From positions 3,508 through 63,390 of the forward strand of contig PMYK01000011.1 of the NCBI GenBank assembly GCA_003171255.1: a stretch of 59,883 nucleotides of DNA. The letters run 5' to 3'. Below the pieces are notes generated by a model. It ran no database searches. It was not told the DNA's origin and worked only from the letters and a program-made list of their open reading frames with translations. How positions within the stretch are numbered: position 1 is the first letter of the stretch; each line of letters begins with the position of its first letter. The stretch is from Chloroflexota bacterium (lineage in GTDB: Bacteria; Chloroflexota; Limnocylindria; Limnocylindrales; CSP1-4). Position numbers and translations under genes: made by a program. Positions 53,754 to 59,883 of this stretch are shown here, piece by piece.

Positions 53754-54587
53754 ATGCACCCCATCGTCGCCAAAGCGCAGCTGTCACCGAACGTCACCCG
53801 CCTCGTCGTGGTGGCGCCGAGGATCGCCGAGATCCGCCAGCCAGGGCAGTTCGTGATCGTCCGTCGCGGCCCCGGCGCCGAGCGCATCCCGCTCACGATC
53901 GCCGACGTGGACAAGTCGGCCGGTACGATCACCCTGGTCATCCAGGCGATCGGCAAGAGCACCCACGATCTGACCTCGCTCGCCGTCGGCGAGGCCATCA
54001 CCGACATCGCCGGGCCGCTCGGCAAGCCGACCGATCTGCTGGAGAGTGGCCATGCCGTGTGCGTCGGCGGAGGAGTCGGAACGGCGGTCGTCTACCCCAT
54101 CGCCCAGGCCCTTGCCGGGCGCGGCGTCAAGGTCACGAGCGTCATCGGCGGGCGATCCAAGGAATGGGTCATCTGCGAGGACGAGCTGCGGGCCTGCGGC
54201 GACGTGGTGGTCTGCACCGACGACGGCAGCTACGGCCGCCCCGGCTTCGTGACCGAGGCCCTCAAGGACCTGTGCGAGGTCGGCGGCATCGACGAGGTCT
54301 TCGCCGTGGGACCGGTACCGATGATGCGGGCCTGCTCCGAGCTGACCCGACCGTATGCCATCAAGACCACGGTCTCGCTCAACTCGATCATGATCGACGG
54401 CACGGGCATGTGCGGCGGCTGCCGCGTCTCGATCGCCGGCAAGACCGAATACGCCTGCGTCGACGGCCCCGAGTTCGACGGCCATACCGTGGACTTCCGC
54501 CAGCTGGCCGATCGACTGAACACCTACCGAGAGTTCGAACAGGCCGCCCTCGAGCACTGGCAGGCCTCGCACGCGGAGGCCCACTGA
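53754..54587 (+). CDS. nfnA: NADH-dependent reduced ferredoxin:NADP+ oxidoreductase, small subunit
   Basis: Motifs PGQFVI, ERIPLTI, GGGVG, TDDGSYG and DGTGMCGGCR...CVDGPEFD. Confidence 0.92.
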   Translation: MHPIVAKAQLSPNVTRLVVVAPRIAEIRQPGQFVIVRRGPGAERIPLTIADVDKSAGTITLVIQAIGKSTHDLTSLAVGEAITDIAGPLGKPTDLLESGHAVCVGGGVGTAVVYPIAQALAGRGVKVTSVIGGRSKEWVICEDELRACGDVVVCTDDGSYGRPGFVTEALKDLCEVGGIDEVFAVGPVPMMRACSELTRPYAIKTTVSLNSIMIDGTGMCGGCRVSIAGKTEYACVDGPEFDGHTVDFRQLADRLNTYREFEQAALEHWQASHAEAH

Positions 54588-56074
54588 TGGACGACCTGAC
54601 ACTCGCCGGACGCGCCGCCGAGAACCGCGAGCCGCTTCCCAAGAAGCAGCGGATGAAGATCGAGCGTGGGTCGATGCCCGAGCAGGACGCCATGGCCCGG
54701 GCCCGCAACTTCGCCGAGGTGAACCTCGGCTACACCGAGCAGCTGGCCATCATCGAAGCGGACCGCTGTCTGCAGTGCCCCAAGCCGTACTGCATCGAAG
54801 GCTGCCCGGTCGCGGTCAACATCCCCAACTTCATCCGCCTGCTCGGTGAAGGCCTCATCAAGGAGGCCGCGGATTCACTGCTGACCGACAACGCCCTGCC
54901 ATGCGTCACCGGGCGCGTCTGCCCGCAGGAGACGCAGTGCGAGCAGGTCTGCCTGCGCGCCAAGACCGGCACGCCGGTCGCCATCGGCTACCTCGAGCGC
55001 TTCGTCGCCGACTGGGCGATCACCCACACAGACTCATTCGCTGCCGCCAACCCGGCGCTTTCGGGCAAGAAGGTCGCGATCGTCGGCTCCGGACCGGCCG
55101 GCCTAACGGCCGCAGGCGAGCTCGCCAAGCGCGGCCACAAAGTCACGATCTTCGAGGCGTTCCACGCCGCGGGCGGCGTCCTGATCTACGGCATCCCGGA
55201 GTTCCGCCTGCCCAAGGACATCGTCCAGAAGGAAGTGGACCGCCTCGTCGCCGACGGCGTCGTGATCGAGCCGAACTCGATCATCGGCAAGACCTACACC
55301 CTGCCCGAGCTGCGCGAGAAGTTCGACGCGGTCTTCGTGGCCGTGGGCGCCGGTCTGCCGGTCTTCATGAACGTCGCGGGCGAGAACCTCAAGGGCGTCT
55401 ACTCGGCCAACGAGTACCTGACGCGGGTCAACCTGATGGGCGCCTACAACCCCGAGTCGGATACTCCGATCCTGCACGGCAAGCGCGTCGCCGTCGTCGG
55501 TGGCGGCAACGTGGCGATGGACTCCGTCCGAACCGCGCGACGCCTCGGCGCGGCCGAATCGGTCTGCGTCTACCGCCGCTCGCGAGACGAATTGCCGGCT
55601 CGGATCGAGGAGGTCCACCACGCCGAGCAGGAGGGCGTCCGATTCGAGTTCCTGACCGCCCCGACGGAAGTCCTCGGCGATGAGAAGGGCTGGGTCAACG
55701 GCCTCAAGTGCACCCGCATGGAGCTAGGCGAGCCCGACGCCTCCGGTCGGCGCCGGCCGGTGGAGATCCCAGGGTCGGAGTTCATCTTCCCGTGCGACAT
55801 GGTCGTTGTCGCGATCGGCACCCGGTCCAACCCGCTCCTCACCTCCACCTCGCCCGACCTGCGCGTCAACAAGTGGGGCTACATAGAGATCGACGACAAC
55901 CTCCAGACCTCGATGGACGGTGTCTTCGCCGGCGGCGACATCGTCCGGGGCGCGGCCACGGTCATCCTGGCAATGGGCGACGGCAAGAAGGCCGCTCAGA
56001 ACATCGACGCGTATCTGCGCGGCCAGCTCAAGGCACTGGTCCCGGCCGCGGAGGCGGCGACGCCGGCGCACTGA
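54587..56074 (+). CDS. nfnB: NADH-dependent reduced ferredoxin:NADP+ oxidoreductase, large subunit (GltD-like)
   Basis: Motifs RCLQC...C..GCP, GRVCPQETQCE, GSGPAG, YGIPEFRLP and GGGNVAMD. Coupled to nfnA, and there is no gltB in the window. Confidence 0.92.
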   Translation: MDDLTLAGRAAENREPLPKKQRMKIERGSMPEQDAMARARNFAEVNLGYTEQLAIIEADRCLQCPKPYCIEGCPVAVNIPNFIRLLGEGLIKEAADSLLTDNALPCVTGRVCPQETQCEQVCLRAKTGTPVAIGYLERFVADWAITHTDSFAAANPALSGKKVAIVGSGPAGLTAAGELAKRGHKVTIFEAFHAAGGVLIYGIPEFRLPKDIVQKEVDRLVADGVVIEPNSIIGKTYTLPELREKFDAVFVAVGAGLPVFMNVAGENLKGVYSANEYLTRVNLMGAYNPESDTPILHGKRVAVVGGGNVAMDSVRTARRLGAAESVCVYRRSRDELPARIEEVHHAEQEGVRFEFLTAPTEVLGDEKGWVNGLKCTRMELGEPDASGRRRPVEIPGSEFIFPCDMVVVAIGTRSNPLLTSTSPDLRVNKWGYIEIDDNLQTSMDGVFAGGDIVRGAATVILAMGDGKKAAQNIDAYLRGQLKALVPAAEAATPAH

Positions 56075-57314
56075 GCGCGACCGTCGTCAAGCGGGACGGA
56101 GTCTCATCAGGGCCGCCTCTTTCCGTCGTGGCGGATCCTCCCGCCCGTGGCGTCGCGATTCGATGCCAGCCGGAGATCCAGATTACGGCCGCAACCGCCG
56201 TGACTACCACCAGGCTGCTCAGCCCGACCGTTTCCGAGACCAGGTACTCGGGCGCCACGAGGTACGCGGCAACCACCAGTCGGGTCCTCACCGGCTCGGC
56301 AATGCCGGTCGCGGTCGCGCCGAGGGCCCACATGAGGATCGGCAAGATCAGCGCCCCTTCGTAGTTGAGGGCGTGGGGGCTAATGGCCAGACCGACCAGG
56401 CACGCACCGGCGCCAGCCTCCGCCATGGGAGATCGCAGGAGCCTCGGTATGGCCAGTGCGAGCACGGCCACAACCACCGCCGAGGTAACCAGGGAAGGAA
56501 CCCCGTGTCCCTGCAGCAGCCCCGGAATTGAGATCGTCCGGACCACGTTGGCTGCCGTGTCCGGGGCGTAGTAGCCGGCCATGGCCGACAGCCAGAGCCG
56601 CGGCCACGACCAATCGCCCGCGGTGGCCGCGACACCCGCGAGGTACCAGCCGCCGCCAAAGGCGATGGCAATAAGCAGCGCGCGCCAGCGCCGTCTCAGC
56701 AGCAGTAGCCCGATCAGTGGGAGCGCGAGAGTGGGCTTGTAGAGAAGCAAACCCACACCGAAGCCGGCCAGATCGTCGTTGTCGCGCCGCAGCCCCTCGA
56801 TCGCGACCAGCGACAGGACCAACCCGAGCGCCGCATTTTGGCCCGTGATGGCCGACGCCATGCACGGCGCCCAGGCGAACGCCGCGACCAGCCCGACTCT
56901 CCGGTCCAGCCCGTAGACTCGCGCCCCGAGAACTCCGGCTGCCGCCACGAGCCCAGTCATGACGATGGCATGCAGCCAGAAGCCAACGGTCAGGGAAGTC
57001 GCCGCGAACGGGAGGAACAGCCAGGCCGAGCCTGCGGGGTAGACGAAGAAGCCAGGGCTGACGCCATGGGCGGACTGCCAGTCCATGTGGCGGACTGGAT
57101 CCAGGAGATCCGGGGTCCCCACCGTCTGCCCGGCCGACCAGAACTGTGGAAAGTCGACGAACCCGCAAAATGGCGAGCCTACGATCACGACGACGCAAAG
57201 GAAGGCCAGCGCCATCCCACCCAGCCAGAACGCGTTGCTCGAGATCCGAAGCGGGATGACTGCGTCGGGCAGTCGCAACCCTGGCGACCGGGAGCCCGAG
57301 ACGGATTCGGACAC
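56028..57314 (-). CDS. GT87 / DUF2029 membrane glycosyltransferase (GT-C fold)
   Basis: Motifs DF..F, FVYP, GQNA and LLYKP in a polytopic membrane protein. Start approximate. Confidence 0.8.
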   Translation of the reverse strand: MSESVSGSRSPGLRLPDAVIPLRISSNAFWLGGMALAFLCVVVIVGSPFCGFVDFPQFWSAGQTVGTPDLLDPVRHMDWQSAHGVSPGFFVYPAGSAWLFLPFAATSLTVGFWLHAIVMTGLVAAAGVLGARVYGLDRRVGLVAAFAWAPCMASAITGQNAALGLVLSLVAIEGLRRDNDDLAGFGVGLLLYKPTLALPLIGLLLLRRRWRALLIAIAFGGGWYLAGVAATAGDWSWPRLWLSAMAGYYAPDTAANVVRTISIPGLLQGHGVPSLVTSAVVVAVLALAIPRLLRSPMAEAGAGACLVGLAISPHALNYEGALILPILMWALGATATGIAEPVRTRLVVAAYLVAPEYLVSETVGLSSLVVVTAVAAVIWISGWHRIATPRAGGSATTERGGPDETPSRLTTVALSAPASPPPRPGPVP

Positions 57315-57328
57315 GCCGCAGCCTGACG

Positions 57329-58738
57329 CTAAGCGCGCGCCGCGGCCAGTCGCTCGAGGATCAACGGCTTCACCTGCGAGAGGTCGACCCGAATCTGCTC
57401 CATCGAATCGCGGTCGCGGATCGTGGCCTTGCCGTCTTCGAGCGACTCGACATCGATGGTGACGCACCACGGCGTGCCGATCTCGTCCTGGCGCCGGTAT
57501 AGCTTGCCGATGGCGGCCGTGTCGTCGTAGACGGCCATGATGTCCTTCGCCAGGTCGTCGCGGAGAGCGTGGCACTTCTCCACGATCTCGTCGCGTTTCT
57601 TGAGCAGCGGCAGGACCGCCACCTTGTACGGCGCCAGCTCCGGGTTGAAGCCAAGCACGACGCGCTTCTCGCCGCGGACTTCTTCCTCGCGGTAGGCGTC
57701 GATCAGGAACGTGAAGGCCGCCCGGTCACCGCCGGCCGACGTTTCGACGATCCACGGAATGTACTTCTCCTCGGTTGCCGGGTCGAAGTACTCGAGGTTC
57801 TCGCCCGTGGCCTCCTGGTGGCGCCCGAGGTCCCAGTCGCCGCGGTTGTGGATGCCCTCGAGCTCCTTCCAGCCGAACGGGAAGCGGTACTCGACGTCGA
57901 CGGCCTTCTTGGCGTAGTGGGCCAGCTCGTCCGGGCGATGCTCGCGGAAGCGAAGGCGCGCGGGGTTGACGCCGTAGCGCACGTACCAGGCCAGCCGCCG
58001 CGGCATCCAGTACTCGAACGTGGCCGCAGCCGTCTCCGGCTTGACGAAGTACTGCATCTCCATCTGCTCGAATTCGCGCATCCGGAAGACGAAGTTGCCG
58101 GGGCTGATCTCGTTGCGGAAGGCCTTACCGATCTGGGCGATGCCGAAGGGCAGCTTCTTGCGGGCGGTCTCGCGAACGTTCTTGAAGTTCACGTAGATGC
58201 CCTGCGCCGTCTCCGGGCGGAGGTATACCTGCGCGGCCTCCTCTTCGACCGGGCCCATGTAGGTCTTGAACATCAGGTTGAAGCGGCGCGGGGGGCTCAG
58301 CGGTCCGGCGTCGGCCGGGCACTTGAGCCCCAGGCGTTCGACGACTTCGGGGTCCATCAGTTCGGTGTTGGTCAAGTTCTCGGCGCCGGGCAGCTCATCG
58401 AGCCGGTAGCGGCGGCGACAGGTCTGGCACTCAACGAGGGGGTCGGTGAAGTTGGCGACGTGGCCGGAAGTGACCCAGACCTGGGGCGCCATGATGATGC
58501 TGGCGTCGAGGCCAACGATGTCCGTGCGCTCCTGGACCATTGCCCGCCACCAGGCCCGTTTGACGTTGTTCTTGAGCTCGACGCCGAGTTGCCCGTAGTC
58601 CCACACGGCGTTGATTCCGCCGTAGATCTCCGAGCTCGGGAATATGAAGCCGCGCCGCTTGGACAGCGAAACGATCGTTTCGAGATTGGCGACGGACGGC
58701 CCCGGGTCGTCGGTCGGTGGTGTCGGGTTGGCGGTCAC
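57329..58738 (-). CDS. glyQS: Glycine--tRNA ligase, alpha2 homodimer type
   Basis: Motifs KRRGFIFPSSEIYGG, YLRPETAQG, FRNEISP, REFEQME and IGKLYRRQDEIGTP. GAGGAG RBS. Confidence 0.96.
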   Translation of the reverse strand: MTANPTPPTDDPGPSVANLETIVSLSKRRGFIFPSSEIYGGINAVWDYGQLGVELKNNVKRAWWRAMVQERTDIVGLDASIIMAPQVWVTSGHVANFTDPLVECQTCRRRYRLDELPGAENLTNTELMDPEVVERLGLKCPADAGPLSPPRRFNLMFKTYMGPVEEEAAQVYLRPETAQGIYVNFKNVRETARKKLPFGIAQIGKAFRNEISPGNFVFRMREFEQMEMQYFVKPETAAATFEYWMPRRLAWYVRYGVNPARLRFREHRPDELAHYAKKAVDVEYRFPFGWKELEGIHNRGDWDLGRHQEATGENLEYFDPATEEKYIPWIVETSAGGDRAAFTFLIDAYREEEVRGEKRVVLGFNPELAPYKVAVLPLLKKRDEIVEKCHALRDDLAKDIMAVYDDTAAIGKLYRRQDEIGTPWCVTIDVESLEDGKATIRDRDSMEQIRVDLSQVKPLILERLAAARA

Positions 58739-58923
58739 TCAGTGTCTCCTCGGGACAGGGCTGTCGAACGAACGCTCGGGCGCGGCCGCAATTCTCGCAT
58801 GCCGGGAGCGTGGGCGGCCGAGCCTTCGGCGGCAGTCCTCCCCCTGCCGTGGCCGGTAGCCACCCGAGCACTATTGCCGGCCTGCCGGCACGGCAGCCGA
58901 CGACCTGGCGATCTACCGCGCCT

Positions 58924-59742
58924 TCATCCCGACGTTCGTCCCGGCGTAGACCGCGCCATCGTCGGCGGATTCGAGCCGCTTGAGCCGCGCCGGACCTCGT
59001 CGAGGAACTCGAGCGAGCGGGCGTCGCGCTCGAGCGAGACGTGCAGGAATGTCCGCATCGCATCCTCGACCTCACGCTCGACGGCGGGCGCGAGCCGGAG
59101 CCCGGCCAGCGCCTCGACGTCCATGCGCTGGTATGCCTTGAGCAGTTTGACCGCGTCCACGGAGATGGCCGCCCGTTCCACCGGCGGACCCGGGCAGCGC
59201 GAACACAGCAGGCCGCCAAGCGGCGGGACCCAGCGGAAGTGCTCGTCCGCCTCCAGCATGCGGTTGCATTCGACGCAGCGGTCCACCTCGGGTCGAACGC
59301 CCAGCTCGTCGGCCAGGTGCATCTCGTACCAGCGGGCCACGCGACCCGATTCCATGCCCGCGTCGAGCAGCTCGTAGGCTCGGCGCAGCAGCGCATACAG
59401 CCCCTCGGTCTCGTGGCGCTCCTCGATGGAGCGATCCGCCAGCTCGGCGAGATACCATGCCGTCGCCGCGGATTCAAGGGTGTCGCGCAGGCGCAGCCAG
59501 GCGTGGGTAACCTCGACCTGCGTCACGACGTCGAAGGTTCGGCCGCGGGCCAGGGCCACCTTGAGCTCGGCCATGGGTTCGAGCGCACCGCCGATCCGAC
59601 TGGTCGGACGTCGCACGCCCTTGGCGATCGCCTTCAGCTTGCCGTGGGCCGGCGTGAAGAGCGTCATGATCCTGTCTGCCTCGCCGTAGTCGAAACGGGA
59701 CAGGACGATGGCGTCGGTCACATACAGGCGCGGCGTGGGCAC
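58924..59742 (-). CDS. recO: DNA repair protein RecO
   Basis: Motifs DYGEADRIMTLFT...GKLKAIAKGVRR and the Zn motif CVEC...CSRC. Confidence 0.95.
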   Translation of the reverse strand: MPTPRLYVTDAIVLSRFDYGEADRIMTLFTPAHGKLKAIAKGVRRPTSRIGGALEPMAELKVALARGRTFDVVTQVEVTHAWLRLRDTLESAATAWYLAELADRSIEERHETEGLYALLRRAYELLDAGMESGRVARWYEMHLADELGVRPEVDRCVECNRMLEADEHFRWVPPLGGLLCSRCPGPPVERAAISVDAVKLLKAYQRMDVEALAGLRLAPAVEREVEDAMRTFLHVSLERDARSLEFLDEVRRGSSGSNPPTMARSTPGRTSG

Positions 59743-59883
59743 GTGGTCACGCTACCACGCCTCGCGTACGTCGCTCGGCTAAGCTGGGAGGATGGATGAG
59801 ACTAGAGGCCGCCCCGACCCGGTTCCGGCCGCGCCATCCGGCCCGGCCGCTCCCGCACCTCGCACCGACCGGACCCGTATTCG

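Noticed and set aside
54587-56074. Glutamate synthase small subunit gltD
   Set aside because: There is no gltB, and the gene is coupled to an NfnA-type gene, so nfnB is the better call.
58739-58923. T-box riboswitch upstream of glyQS
   Set aside because: GGGTGGCTACCGG does not fit the 7-nt UGGNACC bulge. No stem I motifs or U-tailed terminator were seen, only a GC-rich hairpin.

Overview
This is a high-GC bacterial chromosomal window. The gene style suggests Chloroflexota, possibly Limnocylindria; that is inference only. A minus-strand housekeeping backbone (recO, glyQS, ppdK, dnaG, rpoD, tRNA-Asn) is spread over about 54 kb by inserted accessory genes. The window also holds a ferredoxin-centred energy module (hypAB, an atypical receiver protein, echABCDEF group 4 [NiFe]-hydrogenase, nfnAB), leuA with a leucine leader-peptide attenuator, gadB, ung, a GH2 beta-mannosidase, transporters and assorted hydrolases and oxidoreductases. 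The best candidate for an undescribed system is at 38529-40109. There, a 40-aa secreted propeptide (signal peptide plus predicted mature DGTGTFFPH) is transcribed divergently from an XRE-HTH + TPR regulator, the layout of RRNPP peptide quorum-sensing cassettes known mainly from Bacillota. Also notable are two XRE-HTH/PD-(D/E)xK-like genes, each bracketed by short tandem-repeat arrays (one frameshifted by a 7-nt duplication), and a MurJ-like flippase fused to a predicted extracellular Cys-peptidase-like domain. All calls come from reading the sequence; no searches were run.
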